DNA of 64,000 nt from Mobula hypostoma (taxonomy: Eukaryota). A program made the translations under genes and the position numbers. Every line of letters begins with the position of its first letter. Position 1 is the stretch's first letter. The stretch spans positions 15,562,001-15,626,000 of the forward strand of contig NC_086117.1 of NCBI RefSeq assembly GCF_963921235.1. The letters run 5' to 3'. Shown here in pieces: positions 45,870-60,392 of the stretch. The notes beneath the pieces are model-generated. The model worked only from the letters and a program-made list of their open reading frames with translations. It was not told where the DNA came from and ran no database searches.

Positions 45870-48800
45870 TTATCGTGGGTTTGTCACTTTCCGATGGGGC
45901 CACAGTGATCATGACCGTGTGGACCAGTTCTCCACCAGTGATGGTGCCAGCCCACTTCATTGCCCTCCCCAAACCTCTGTTAGCCACTGAGATGGCGGAC
46001 CTGCTTCTCCAACGTGTAGTCTGCCTCCACGGTTCCCTCAGGACATTGTGTCAAACTAGGGCCCACAATTCTCCTCCCAATTCTGGTGAGCCTTCTGCTC
46101 TCTTTTCCACACCTCTGTGAGTTTGTCCTCTGGCTATATCACCCACAGACCAACGGTCAGTCAGAAAAGGCACTGGGGGAGAAGTTTCCCTGGTGCTTCA
46201 CGGCCTCTAACCCTCAAACTCAAACTCACAAAAAGACGTAGTTTGAGATGATCAAGTTCCTAGTTTTCAGAGTTCTTTGTCTGCATGTTTATCAAGAGGT
46301 ACGTAATGTAAAATCACATCAGGACCTCTGAATTAGTTTATCTTTTTATTGGACAATAACTTTCATGGGGAGAGAGTGTGAACCAAGTTTCCTGGCATCC
46401 GTTTCCAGCAGCTAACGATCCACATGGAGTAAGCAGTTAGAGAATTACCCTCAGGATCCGTCCAGATTGTTTGGAGGAGTTTCCATCCTTCAGAATATTA
46501 AATGGCTCTGTTCAGGTTGATCAGGGAATGGGTATGTGAATTATTTATAGCGTACACAACTCTCGCTGTTATTACACCGAGAAAGCTAATAAACCAGCAA
46601 GTTTGGGAAGGAGGGCAGGAGCTAAAGTGCCATATGTGCTTGGCAGCCAAATCTAAGAGAATTTAATTTACTCATTTACACGTTGAATTGCTGTAGTTTG
46701 TTGGAATTCTGCAGGAATTTGCCTGTTGTATTTTTTCTGCCTCTCTGTACATCTGACTTAAACTCTTTTCATTACACCCAGTGCCCATTTGGGAACCAAT
46801 CTTCCAATGGGCGTTTGTACAATTTCTTCCATTCCCTTCCTGTGTCCTTTCCATAATAATTTTAGCCTACAGTATTGTGCAAATACAAAAAGACGAGTAA
46901 AATCAGCAGATGTAGTTTTCATTTAATTTACTTTGCTAAAACATAATAATTTTGAACCCATGCACTACAGTCGTTTACATTTGATTTACTAATGGGCCAA
47001 CATGTGGACTGAAACTTGGAGATGAACACGGGTTGCAGACAAGCTGGTTTGTAGTAGGAATTCTATGGTTATTCTCATAATTCCTTGATGAATACTAGTG
47101 GACCATTGCCGGAAACTGGCTGAATATGAGAAGCCATTCGTGGTGCACCAGAGCACCAACACCCCATCTGCAGACTCACTGGTATATAAATGACCCAGGG
47201 GCTGCATTTTTGAAGGGTGGCCTGCACACGTGAAATCATCCAGCACAGGTTGGAACCAAGAATGGGAAAAGCAGAAATCACTTCATTGATCTGAGCAATC
47301 TTCAACTCCAGCAGATGCAAAGTTTTCTTAATTGTAAAGTGTGCATCTGGTACAGTAATATCTGCAATTAGGGAAAACTGCCTCACAGACACCAAATTAG
47401 TTTTCACATTGTGTAAACAGATTGTTCTTTTCAAGTTCTTTTTATGGAAACATGTCTCACAAGATATTCAAATTCCGCACCTGAGCCACACTTGCTTCCT
47501 ATTTTCATCAGCCAACCGTATTTCCATCCGCACAATTACAGCGATGCCATTTGGCGTCTCCTGGGAGTGTTGGGTCTTTTGAATTGAGATGCCATCTGTT
47601 GTCTTTTTGATCAATCTCTACAGCCAGTGTGTGTTGCTGTGGTGACTGTTCGGGTTGCTGAGATTCTGCCTGGAGAATGGTCACTTGCTTTGGGGAGCCT
47701 GGGTGAAAGAAGGTGGGGCTCCTGGCAGGAGAGGAATACAATACCCTTTTGATTTCCCATTAAAATCCCTACTTTTACCAAGCTAGTTCTCATGTCAGAA
47801 TCATAGAGCACTATAGCACAGAAACAGGCCCTTCGGCCCATCTAGTCCAGGATGACTATTATTCTGCCTAGTTCATCGACCTGCCCTCAACACCCTTTCC
47901 ATCCATGTAGTTATCCATATTTCTCTTAAGTATTGCAATTGTACCTGCATCCACCGCTTCTACCTCGTTCCATATTTGCACCACCCGGTGAAGAACCCTC
48001 CCCTCAGTTCCCCTTAAATATTTCACCTTTCACCCTTAACCTATCACTTCTAGTTCTAGCCTACCCTAAACTCAGTGGAAAAAGCCTGCTTGCATTTACC
48101 CTAGCTATACCCCTCATAGTTTTGTATACCACTATCAAACCTCCCAACATTTGACACTGTGGTGTTTGCTGAGCTTAGCAATCAGCTTGCAGGCATTTCC
48201 TCACCGGTCGTGGTGTCATGCTCAGTGCACAGTTGTTGGTGCTTCTCTCTGGGAGTGCCTGCGCTTAAATAGGCTCCCGTTTGCTGGCCTCAAGTGGATT
48301 GCCAAGCTCAGCGCACACAACAGCATCAAACACCTCAACCCGAGGCACCAACATTCACCACCATCCTCCCCACATTTTCCTACACTCCAGGGACTAAGTT
48401 CCTAATCTATTCAACCTTTTCCCTATAACTCAGCCCCTCAAGTTCTGGCAACCTCCTTGTAAAGTTTCTCTGTGCTCTTTCAATCTAGTTGATGTCTTTC
48501 CTGTGGGTAGGTGATCAGAGCAGAGGACAGAGAAGAGGTCCACAGCAGATATCTCTAGCCCCGTAAGTAAAGAAATGACAAGGGTCTGCACTCATATGAA
48601 GTTTGGTCTTCATTCAGAGAGTGGAAGAGCCTTGGATAGAGATTACTGACTATGGTTTCCCATTCATAACTCCAGAATGGAGACAGTCATCACAGGCTTT
48701 CAGCTCTGCAAGTCATCTACTGTCTTCTAGCATCTGATAGGCCATACATCTATTCACACTAGACCTATCGGTGAAGAAGACCAGGTAGTATATATATATA

Positions 48801-51775
48801 TTTTGATAATAAATTTACTCTCAACTTTATTCTTTTTCGAGGTACAGCATGGTTACAGGCCCGCTGAGATCCTACACCACCTAATTAACCCACTAATCTG
48901 TACTTCTTTAGAATGTGGGAGGAAACTGGAGCACCCAGAGGAAACCCACGTGGTCAGGAGTAGAACATAAAAAAAACTTACAGGCAGTAGTGGAATTGAA
49001 ATCGGGTCACTGGCGCTGTAATAGCGTTAGGCTAACCGCTATACTACTGTGCTGGAACTAGCACGTAGGTTTGTGGTTGTAATGACAATGAGACAATCAG
49101 TGTTCAATCCTCGTAAAATCCTGGCCAGTCACTTCGGAGCATAGGTTATGTATGTAAATCCTTTAATGGTGATCAAACCTGCAATCTTCAGACTCCTTAC
49201 TAATAATGTAACAAAATGTCCCAGGGTTTAGTGCAGTTATATGTTGTGCCTCCAGTTTTATTGGGCATGTAGTTGATTTTCTGGCCATTTAACTTAACCT
49301 CCAATAGATCCATATTGCTACAGATGATTAAACTCACAAGTTACATTCTTATAGTATCTGAAGTTTGCCAACTCTGAATGGCAACAAAAAACAATGGCAT
49401 AGATCGTATCATGCTTAGAACACACGAAACGTTGAAGGAACTCAGCAGGTCAGGCAGCATCTACGGAAAGGAGTAAAGAGTTGATGTTTTGCGGCGAGAC
49501 ACTTCATTGGCACTAGTGAAGGGTCTCGGCCCAAAACGTTGACACTTTGCTGACTCCTTCCGGCAATTTCTGTGTGATGCTGTGGATTTCCAGCATCTGC
49601 AGAATCTCTTGTGTCTGTATTTGAAATTAAGGTTATATCACAAGAAGTAACTCTGGGTAACCATGGTCTTTGCGGGAAAGTTCTATTTTGAGCACCATCT
49701 GTGGAAGAATAGTTTAAAACCAATGCTCGTCAATTGTCTTTATACATAGGCTAACAAACATTTGGATTAAACTACTGGATAATGTAATAGAATCATATTA
49801 ATGGTTATCAATGTAGAGCCATTGCTGCTGAACTTAATGGAAGAAAACACACAAATGGCCTCAAAAGGTCTTTATTTGTTTTAATTCTGTTTAAAACAAG
49901 CCCTGTCTAATAGTGCACAAAAACTTAATTAAGGAGAAGCAATGTGCTGTCACAGTAAAACATCTGTCTCTTTGCTCTTTTTATGCTGAGTCTATTAGTG
50001 TTCTCTGAGGCTCCAATTACCTGAATATGAGTTATTAATTGATCGGAGGGGGGCATGCGACATGGCATAGAGAGGGAGGTCTCCAAGTACAGGAAATAAT
50101 GCAGTCCATCCCATGTTATTTTCTATTTATAGTGCCAATGAGTCAACGCACAGCTCTGATACCACTCAAGGCCACTGCCCCCTGCAGTACCAAACACTAC
50201 AGTTCATGAAAAGCCATTCAGAATTTATCCGTCATATTGATTCTATTCTTTCACTGAAGGAGATATTGGTGTTGGTGGAGCCAATGCATTTCATCCTTAG
50301 ATGCTACAGAAGTTTGTGGATTAATAATATTGTTATGTACTGCTTCCATCTCTATTCACAAGTCTAATGGAACTGCTCTTCCAGCAACATCCAGACTCTT
50401 GGACTTCAAAGCAAGTCAAGTTCGTATTGTGTTCTGAAGTATGTGTTGTATGCGTGTGTGTTTTTAGAGATATTTCTTGGGACCAGAGCATTACTGGCAA
50501 GGCCACTACGTATTATCTATCTCTAATTGCTCTCAAAAGTGATAAGCTGATTTTATTATTATTTATTGAGATACAATGCAGAATAGGCCCTTCGAGCCCA
50601 GCAATCTCCCTATTTAATCCTAGACTAATCACGGAACAATTTAAAATGACCAATTAACCTACCAATGTACATTTTTAGACAGTGGGAGGAAACCAGGGCA
50701 CCCGGAGGAAACCTATGTGGTCGCGGGGAGAACGTACAAACTCCTTACAGACAGCATGGGGAATTGAACCCAGGTCGCTGGTACTGTAAAGTGTTGTGCT
50801 AACCACTAGGCTGACTGCGCTGCCCATAAAAGACTAGTGGACAGTGCAGGCCCTTTGATCCACAATGTGTGCAAACCTTCTTGAACCATTGCAGTGCATG
50901 GCGAAGGTACTCCTCAGGCATTATGAAGTAGAGTGTCGCAGAACTTTAAACCAGCAACAACAAAGAAACAGCGCTATACTTCCACAGCAGAACGGTGTGT
51001 GACCTGGCATTGATGGTGTTTAACTGTAAATCAGGACCCACAGTGTACTTTCTTCCCCCACTGAGAGAAACAAAAGTCCCACTGCACTAAGTCCAGCTCT
51101 ATTTTTTTAAATCATATTTTTCCTGATCATTTAGCCATAGCTTTATACGTTTGTCACATATACATCAAAACATACAGTTATATGCATTGTTCTGTATCAA
51201 ATCAAATCAGCGAGCCTGCCCGGAAGAAGCACCATGCTTCCAGCACCAACATAGCAAGTCCATAACTTTTATACTAGTTTAACAATATCTATGATTTTGA
51301 CAATCTTATCTATCTTAATCTTGGTTTATATTGTTACTGGTATTTATATTTGAAATAATTCTCCTCTTGATTGTATTTATGCTCCTTTTAAATCAATAAA
51401 AAAATTAATAAAGAGAAAGAAAGCAAGCCTATAACTTACTAAATTATGTCTCTGGAATGTGGGAAAAATCTGGAGCACGAAGAGGAAACCCACATAGTGA
51501 TGGTGAGAGCATGCAAAACCCTTAGAGACAGCAGTGGGAATTGAATCGGGATCTTTCAGCCAGCACTGTAAAGCACTGTGTGAGCAGCTAGGCTACCAGT
51601 GTAACTGGTTCATCCAGGATAGCTGCGCTAATAGAGCAAGTATCCAACACACTCTCACAGGAGAATTATTCTACCACTTGTGGCATGATTAGGCCTGTCA
51701 CTCCGTTCTGCACCCAGCACCCTGGCCCTGCCCCCGATAAACTGATTTCCTACCATTATCAAAGAGCACAATGTG

Positions 51776-52322
51776 CACTCGGTGGCCATTTTATAAGGTA
51801 CTCCTGCTCATTAATGCAAATATCTAATCAGCTAATCAAGTGGCGGCAACTCAATGCATAAAAGCATGCAGGCATGGTCAAGAGGATCAGTTGTTGCTCA
51901 GCCAATCATCAGAAAGGGGAAGAAATGTGATCTAAGTGACTTTGATTGTGGAATGATAGTTGGCGGGGAATGGTGGTTTGAGCATCTCAGGAACTGCTGT
52001 TCCCCTGGGATTTAAATGCATAACAGTCTCTAGTCTAGAGTTTACAGAGAATAGTACAATTTGTTTTTAAATCCACTGAATGGCACAGTGATTCTGTAGG
52101 CAAAAATGACTTGTTAGTGAAAGGGGTCGGAGGAGAATGACAGGAAGCCAACAGTAACTCAAATAACCACGTGTTACAACAGTGCTGTGTAGAAGAGCAT
52201 CTCTGAACACACAATATGTTGAATCTTGAAGTGGATAGTCTACAGCAGCAGAAGACCATGAACATACACTCAGTGGCCACTTTATTAGGTACAGGGTACA
52301 TAATAGTGTGGCCACTGAGTGT
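51776..52322 (+). mobile_element. Tc1-derived element (same family as 15150), opposite orientation
   Basis: cactcggtggccattttataaggtac ... gtggccactgagtg TA. Confidence 0.85.
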
Positions 52323-52719
52323 ATGTAATTTCATTAACAGTTAATTTCTTTAAAGTCTCTTAGCAAAGCACAGTGCAGTTACTTCCTCACTCTCCTCTGG
52401 GTTGCTTCAAATTGAGGTCATCCATTTTACTCCTGATCAATTGCATTAAACAGAGAATTAAGGGTGTAAATTGTATTGAACTGGGGACTGCACTTCCTCA
52501 GTGCCATTACTTTTATTAATCAGGAGTTACACTAAGTTGATTTTAAAATACATGAAGTAAATGTATTGAGCAATCTGCACAAGTTAACATGTCGTGAACT
52601 GTGGTCCCACTCAACCCTGCTGTGTGCTTGTCTACTTCAGATTCAATTTATTTTGTAGTATTGTATTTCCTTAACTAGCAATCAGTGTTATGTAAAAAGA
52701 AAAAGAAAGAACAGTTAAC

Positions 52720-53015
52720 AAAAGGATGCCTTCCTTAATTTCTGGACTTCTCAAAGCATATCCGTTAGTCTTGCGAGACCATGGATCTGCGCCTGGAAAG
52801 TCTTCGCTCTCCAGGGTGCAGGCCTGGGGCAAGGTTGTATGGAAGACCAGCAGTTGCCCATGCTGCAAGTCTCCCCTCTCCACGACACCAATGTTGTCCA
52901 AGGGAAGGGCATTAGGATCCATACAGCTTGGCACCAGTGTCGTCGCAGAGCAATGTGTGATTAAGTGCCTTGCTCAAGGACACAACACGTTCCCTCGGCT
53001 GGGCTTGAACTCGAA
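52720..53015 (-). mobile_element. SINE with CORE-like segment
   Basis: ttaagtgccttgctcaaggacacaac next to a B-box-like gagttcaagcc on the minus strand. Confidence 0.55.
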
Positions 53016-53412
53016 AGCATATCAGAATCAGGTTTATCATCACTGGCATATGTCATGAAATTTGTTGTTTTGTGGCAGCAGTACAGTTCAAGACATCAAA
53101 AATCTATCTGTTTGTTTGTTTATTTATTTATCAAGCCACACCATCCAGCAATCCCCCAATTCAATCTGAGCCTAATCATGGGACAATTTACAATGACCAG
53201 CCTACAACCTACCGACCGGTACATCTTTGGACTGTGGGAGGAAACCGGAGCACCCGGAGGAAACCCATGCAGTCACGGGGGAGAACATATAAACTCCTTA
53301 CAGGCAGTGGTGGGAATTTGACCCAGTCGATTGCACTGTAAAGTGTTGTGCTAACCACTACACTACAATTAGAATATATGAAGCAGTGTAAAAAGAAATT
53401 AAAATAGTGATA

Positions 53413-53660
53413 CACATCAAAGTTGCTGGTGAACACAGCAGGCCAGGCGGCATCTATAGGAAGAGGCACAGTCGAAGCCCCGGGCTGAGATCCTTCATCA
53501 GGCCTGTCACGTCAGGCGTGAGTCCTGACGGAGGGTCTTGGCCCGGGGCGTCGGCTGTGCCTCTTCCTACAGATGCTGCCTGGCCTGCTGCGTTCACCAA
53601 CAACTTTGATATGTGTTGCTTGAATTTCCAGCATCTGCAGAATTCCTCGTGTTTGAGTTT
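53413..53660. mobile_element. Penelope-derived fold-back element
   Basis: Perfect 14-bp TSD ttaaaatagtgata at 53399-53412 and 53661-53674; about 90-bp inverted arms. Confidence 0.9.
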
Positions 53661-54629
53661 TTAAAATAGTGATATACTTTTCAATGGTTCTTGGACCATT
53701 CAGAAATCTGATGGCAGAGGGGAAGAAGCTGTTCCTGGAACATTACTTTCATAGCGAGTTTAGCACTTTTGGAATTGGTCACTAGAGTAAGAAAATGTAG
53801 CAGTGTCCCATATGCAGCAATGAGATAACTGATTGTGCTTCTTCCTATGGATGTTGTCTGGCCTGCTGCGTTCCACCAGCATTTTGCGTGTGCTGCCATA
53901 GTGATGTTGGTTGAAGGATTATTGTTGGTCAGAAATCGCATTCTGTAACTTTTTATATCTGTTAGAGGGTATTCTGGAGTTATGGTATACAGTAAATACT
54001 AATTTTAACACAGCCAGTCTTCAGACCTGAACATGGATTGTAGATCAAATTTAAAGTGCAGCTCTGAACAATGGCCTTCCATTTGACCACAAAAACCTGC
54101 ATATGGATGAATACAGCCCAGAGTCGGTGGGAATTAGCAATCATTTTGGGTGTCTGGAGTGTGGGTGCGAAGAGGAGGAGATGTGTAAAAACTATAGGTA
54201 ATTCAAAAGAAGCATTGTAGATACATTGAAACTGTGGAACTGTCCTGCTGTTACCTTTGATCTTTAGCATATACAAATGTCATGTAATATTGAGCCGAGC
54301 AGGCCTCTTCTTACAAGGGTGTCACAATATGATGCCTATTCCTCGTTTTTGTTGAATAAAACACTTCTATATCCACTAGCCTCAGTGTCTTTCCAGAACT
54401 TTGTTCATGTCACAACAATCCCCACCGCCTAGGGCATCACTTTAAGATTCTTTAAAGGATAACTCTGAAAATGTGGCTGTTCTTCAGCATTGCATTGTAG
54501 TGTCAGTCTAGATTAAGGGATCAAGGTTCTGATATTGGGCTGTGTCACAGGTTAAAATGTTACCAGAGAGTCAAATTATGTACTTCATAATGGTGAGTTG
54601 TCTTAGTGCAAAACAAAATTACCACAAGG

Positions 54630-55170
54630 TAATGTTGCAGCTCTATAAAACTTGGGTTAGACCACACTTCAAGTGTTTGTGTTCAGTTCTGGTCATTATG
54701 TGGGAGCTTTAGAGAAGCTGCAGAGGAGATTTACCAGGAAGGTGCCTGAATTAGTAGGTTGAGCAAGGTAGCATTTTCTCTTTGAAGAGAAGGAGGATGA
54801 GAGGTGACTTAATAGAGGTGTACAAGATGGTAAGAGACTAGATAGAGAGGACAGCTGGAGTCTTTTTCCCAGAGTGGAAATGGCTACTTCAAGGAGGCAT
54901 TACTTTAAGGTGTTGGGAGGAAAGTATAGGGGGGATGTCAGAGGTAGTTTTTGTTTTACACAGAGAGTGGTATGTACAGAGAACGCCCTACCAGGCAGAG
55001 GTATTAGGAACATTTAACAGACTCTTAGACAGGCTCATGAATGAAAGAAGAATGGAGGGCCATGTGGGAAGGAAGTGGTAGATTGGATCTGGTGTAGGTT
55101 AAAAGCTGACACAACATTGTGGGCTGAATGGCCTGCACTGTTCTGTGCTGTTTTAGGTTCTACGTTCTGA
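54630..55170 (+). mobile_element. CR1 LINE 3' fragment
   Basis: ggttagaccacactt...gagaggtgacttaatagaggtgtacaag...3' UTR. Confidence 0.85.
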
Positions 55171-55599
55171 AATGCTAACTTTGAACTGCACAGAACTTTG
55201 AAGTTGGTGGTGACTTTATAGGTGGTCTCAGGGAGACAGCAAGTGAGAAGAGTGCAGTTCACAACCCATTACTAAAGGATCTCCAAGAGCACAGGAGACA
55301 GTGTTGTTCAATATAGCATTACTTATTAGATAGATGAAAATATTTAGAACGTCAGTGTATTAAGGACCAATATCAAGCAAATGAAACCTTAGAAGATTTG
55401 AATATTCTTGAGATGACTAAAATTGAACAGGAAACCATTGATCAGGAAATTACACTTAGACAAATAAAGTAAATTATCAAGGCCTCAGAATTGGAGGCAA
55501 GCAACGTAACGCGCAGGCACAGAGGGAAAGGGCTCATGGTATGATTCCCACAACACTTGAGGGACTTGGAGAGAGCACAGATTGACTGGAATTATTCAA

Positions 55600-56190
55600 A
55601 GGATCAACGATCAACTTTCTTCACCATATACATTTATATGTGTTAGATATTGGTTGTGGTGTTTCGCCATAACATGCAACAAAAGCAACAATATTCAAAA
55701 CTAATAAAGAAAAAGAATTATATAACATAAGTTAGAGGTTAAAGTACAGATATGGAATAAAATGTGCATAAATATAAATACCAAATTGTATTTATAATAT
55801 AAACAGGATTATATAAAGAGTTAAAGTATTTTGCAGAGACTGAGGTAATAGGTAGAGGGGTGTAGGGTGGGATAACTAGAATGGTTGATCAGATTAACTG
55901 CCTTGGGGAAGAAACTTTTAAGATGATGTGAAGTTTTTGTTTTAGTAGTCCTATGGTGCTTTCCAGAAGGGGGTCTTTGAAAAAGAGACAGTTTGCTGGG
56001 AGGGTAATGTCCACAATGATTTTTTGCTGGCCCTTTATTTATCTTGGACACAGACGAGTCCTGAGGTGAGGGTAGACTGCAGCCGATGACCTTTTCTGCT
56101 GACCCAACGGTTCTCCGTAGTTTTTGAATATTGTGAGAGGACACTGCCCTGAACCAGATGGTAATGGCTGTATGTCTGGTTGTAGAGTTC
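55600..56190 (-). mobile_element. Rex1/Babar-type LINE 3' fragment
   Basis: AITIWF...QKLRRTVGSAEKVIGCSLPS...PSGKHHRTTKTKTSHHLKSFFPKAVNLIN. Confidence 0.75.
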
Positions 56191-56539
56191 ACTCGGAGTG
56201 ATCAGAGACTGGAAATCCACGTTGAGCCATTTTATTGAAGTTCTTTTGAAGAAGTAACATGTGCATTAACGGGAAGCCGGTGGACTTTCAGAATTGATCA
56301 GGTGCCACAATATAGTGTAGGAAATGGATGGGAGATTTGCTAGCTACCAAGAAACAAAGGGTAGGCACAGATGAGTCTTTTCCTGTTTGACAAGATGTAA
56401 TGAAAGGTGCACCACAGGGATCAGTAGTGGGTCCCAACTTTTATAGTTTAAATAAATGACTTGGGTGAAGGATATAAAGGTGGTTGCTAATCTGTTGATA
56501 ACAAAGACTGTGCTGAGGAGATAATGAATAGAGATTTCT

Positions 56540-57030
56540 ACAGATGTACTGTAGAGACCATTCTAACTGGCTACATCACCGTCTGATATAGGGGGTGGGG
56601 CTACCGCACAGGATCAAAATAAACTTCAGGGAGTTGTAATCCTAGTCAGCTCCAACGTGGGCACTAGCCCCCATAGTATCCAGGACATCTTCAAGGCGTG
56701 ATGCCTCAAAAAGGCAGCATCCATCATTAAGGACTCCCATTCTTCCAGGACATGCCCTCTTCTCACTGCTACCATCAGGAAGGAGGTGCAGGAGCCTGAA
56801 AGCACACACTCAACAATTCAGGAACACCTTCTTCCCCTCTGCCATCCGATTTCTGAATGGACATTGAACCCATGAACGCTACCTCAATACTTACATTTAT
56901 TTTTGCACTACTTACTTAATTTTAACTATATAATATACAGTATATATACTTACTGTAATTCACTGTTTTTACCTCTGTTATCATGTACAGTATAGCATTG
57001 TACTGCTGTCGCAAAGACAACAGATTTCAT
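56540..57030 (+). mobile_element. Rex1/Babar-type LINE 3' fragment; its tail continues at 61646-61695
   Basis: ETILTGYITV..., ALFSLLPSGRR.RSLKAHTQQFRNTFFPSAIRFL; (gattct)-type tail on the far side of nested inserts. Confidence 0.8.
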
Positions 57031-57342
57031 GGCACACACAAAATGCTGGAGGAACTCAGAAAGCCAGACAGCATCTATGGAAAAGAGTACAGTCAATGTT
57101 TTGGGCCAAGACCCTTCAGCAGGACTGGAGAAATAAAGAAGATTTAAAAGGTGGGGAGAGGGGAGAGAAAAACATAAGGTGATAGGTGAAACCAAGAGGG
57201 GGAGGGATGAAGTAAAGAGCTGGGAAGCTGATTTTCTATTGTTTGAAATTTCATAGAAACATAGAAAATAGGTGCAGGAGTAGGCCATTCGGCCCTTCGA
57301 GCCTGCACCGCCATTTATTATGATCATGGCTGATCATCCAAC

Positions 57343-60300
57343 TCAGAACCCTGCCCCAGCCTTCCCTCCATACCCCCTGCTCCCCGTAGCCACAAGGGCC
57401 ATATCTAACTCGCTCTTAAATATAGCCAATGAACTGGCCTCAACTGTTTCCTGTGGCAGAGAATTCCACAGATTCACCACTCTCTGTGTGAAGAAGTTTT
57501 TCCTAATCTCAGTCCTAAAAGGCTTCCCCTTTATCCTCAAACTGTGACCCCTTGTTCTGGACTTCCCCAACATCGGGAACAATCTTCCTGCATCTAGCCT
57601 GTCCAATCCCTTTAGGATTTTATACGTTTCAATCAGATCCCCCCTCAATCTTCTAAATTCCAATGAGTACAAACCCAGTTCATCCAGTCTTTCTTCATAT
57701 GAAAGTCCTGCCATCCCAGGAATCAATCTGGTGAACCTTCTTTGTACTCCCTCTATGGCAAGGATGTCTTTCCTCAGATTAGGGGACCAAAACTGCACAC
57801 AATACTCCAGGTGTGGTCTCACCAAGGCCTTGTACAACTGCAGTAGTACCTCCCTGCTCCTGTACTCGAATCTTCTCGCTATAAATGCCAGCATACCATT
57901 CGCCTTTTTCACCGCCTGCTGTACCTGCATACCCACTTTCAATGACTGGTGTATAATGACACCCAGGTCTCGTTGCACCTCCCCTTTTCCTAATCGGCCA
58001 CCATTCAGATAATAATCTGTTTTCCTACTTTTGCCACCAAAGTGGATAACTTCACATTTATCCACATTAAATTGCATCTGCCATGAATTTGCCCACTCAC
58101 CTAACCTATCCAAGTCACTCTGCATCCTCTTCGCATCCTCCTCACAGCTAACACTGCCACCCAGCTTCGTGTCATCTGCAAACTTGGAGATGCTGCATTT
58201 AATTCCCTCATCCAAGTCATTAATATATATTGTAAACAACTGGGGTCCCAGCACTGAGCCTTGCGGTACCCCACTAGTCACCGCCTGCCATTCTGAAAAG
58301 GTCCCGTTTATTCCCACTCTTTGCTTCCTGTCTGCTAACCAATTCTCCATCCACACCAATACCTTACCCCCAATACCGTGTGCTTTAAGTTTGCACACTA
58401 ATCTCCTGTGTGGAACCTTGTCAAAAGCCTTTTGAAAATCCAGATATACCACATCCACTGGTTCTCCCCTATCCACTCTACTGGTTACATCCTTAAAAAA
58501 TTCTATGAGATTCGTCAGACATGATTTTCCTTTCACAAATCCATGCTGACTTTGTCCGATGATTTCACCGCTTTCCAAATGTGCTGTTATCACATCTTTG
58601 ATAACTGACTCCAGCAGTTTCCCCACCACCGACATTAGGCTAACCGGTCTATAATTCCCCGGTTTCTCTCTCCCTCCTTTTTTAAAAAGTGGGGTTACAT
58701 TAGCCACCCTCCAATCCTCAGGAACTAGTCCAGAATCTAACGAGTTTTGAAAAATTATCACTAATGCATCCACTATTTCTTGGGCTACTTCCTTAAGCAC
58801 TCGAGGATGCAGACCATCTGGCCCTGGGGATTTATCTGCCTTCAATCCCTTCAATTTACCTAACACCACTTCCCTACTAACATGTATTTCGCTCAGTTCC
58901 TCCATCTCACTGGACCCTCTGTCCCCTACTATTTCTGGAAGATTATTTATGTCCTCCTTAGTGAAGACAGAAACAAAGTAATTATTCAATTGGTCTGCCA
59001 TGTCCTTGCTCCCCATAATCAATTCACCTGTTTCTGTCTGTTGGGGACCTACATTTGTCTTTATCAGTCTTTTCCTTTTTACATATCTATAAAAGCTTTT
59101 ACAGTCAGTTTTTATGTTCCCTGCCAGTTTTCTCTCATAATCTTTTTTCCCCTTCCTAATTAAGCCCTTTGTCCTCCTCTGCTGAACTCTGAATTTCTCC
59201 CAGTCCTCAGGTGAGCCACTTTCTCTGGCTAATTTGTATGCTTCTTCTTTGGAATTGATACTATCCCTAATTTCTCTTGTCAGCCACGGGTGCACTACCT
59301 TCCTTGATTTATTCTTTTGCCAAACTGGGATGAACAATTGTAGTTCATCCATGCAACCTTTAAATGCTTGCCATTGCATATCCATCGTCAATCCTTTAAG
59401 TGTCATTTGCCAGTCTATCTTAGCTAATTCACGTCTCATTCCTTCAAAGTTACCCCTCTTTAAGTTCAGAACCTTTGTTTCTGAATTAACTATGTCACTC
59501 TCCATCTTAATGAAGAATTCCACCAAATTATGGTCACTCTTACCCAAGGGGCCTCTCATGACAAGATTGCTAATTAACCCTTCCTCATTGCTCAAAACCC
59601 AGTCCAGAATAGCCTGCTCTCTAGTTGGTTCCTCGACATGTTGGTTCAAAAAACCATCCCACATACATTCCAAGAAATCCTCTTCCTCAGCACCTTTACC
59701 AATTTGGTTCACCCAATCTACATGTAGATTGAAGTCACCCATTATAACTGCTGTTCCTTTATTGCACACATTTCTAATTTCCTGTTTAATACCATCTCCG
59801 ACCTCACTACTACTGTTAGGTGGCCTGTACACAACTCCCACCAGTGTCTCTGCCCCTTAGTGTTACGCAGCTCTACCCATATCGATTCCACATCTTCCCG
59901 GCTTATGTCCTTCCTTTCTATTGCGTTAATCTCTTCTTTAACCAGCAACGCCACCCCACCTTCCCTTCCTTCATGTCTATCCCTCCTGAATATTGAATAT
60001 CCCTGAACGTTGAGCTCCCATCCTTGGTCACCCTGGAGCCATGTCTCTGTGATCCCAACTATATCATAATCATTAATAACAATCTGCACTTTCAATTCAT
60101 CCACCTTATTACGAATGCTCCTTGCATTGACACACAAAGCCTTCAGGTGCTCTTTTACAACTCTCTTAGCCCTTATACAATTATGTTGAAAAGTGGCCCT
60201 TTTTAATGCTTGCCCTGGATTTGTCGGCCTGCCACTTTTACTCTTCTCCTTAGTACTTTTTGCTTCTACCCTCACTTTACACCCCTCTGTCTCTCTGCAC

Positions 60301-60392
60301 TGGTTCCCATCCCCCTGTTGTGAACTAACCTCCTCACGCCTAGCCTCTTTAATCTGATTCCCACCCCCCAACCATTCTAGTTTAAAGTCACC
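57343..60392 (-). pseudogene. CR1 ORF2: APE endonuclease plus reverse transcriptase, one frameshift near 59850
   Basis: NARSI, ITETW, GDFN, SDH (endonuclease); KSPGPDG, DFQKAFD, GVPQGSVLGP, FADD (RT); 832 uninterrupted codons. Confidence 0.95.

Larger units (their letters stand above)
39724..46220 (+). mobile_element. decayed Sushi-like Gypsy LTR retrotransposon (gag, RT, RNase H, integrase); no 3' LTR seen
   Basis: EPMHLGR...LCAYC (gag); [21 protein letters not shown] and GDEWKTTF (RT); FTTAPILHYP...DVGAGALLSQ and EEWQHWL (RNase H); HPQTNGQSE (integrase). Confidence 0.9.
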
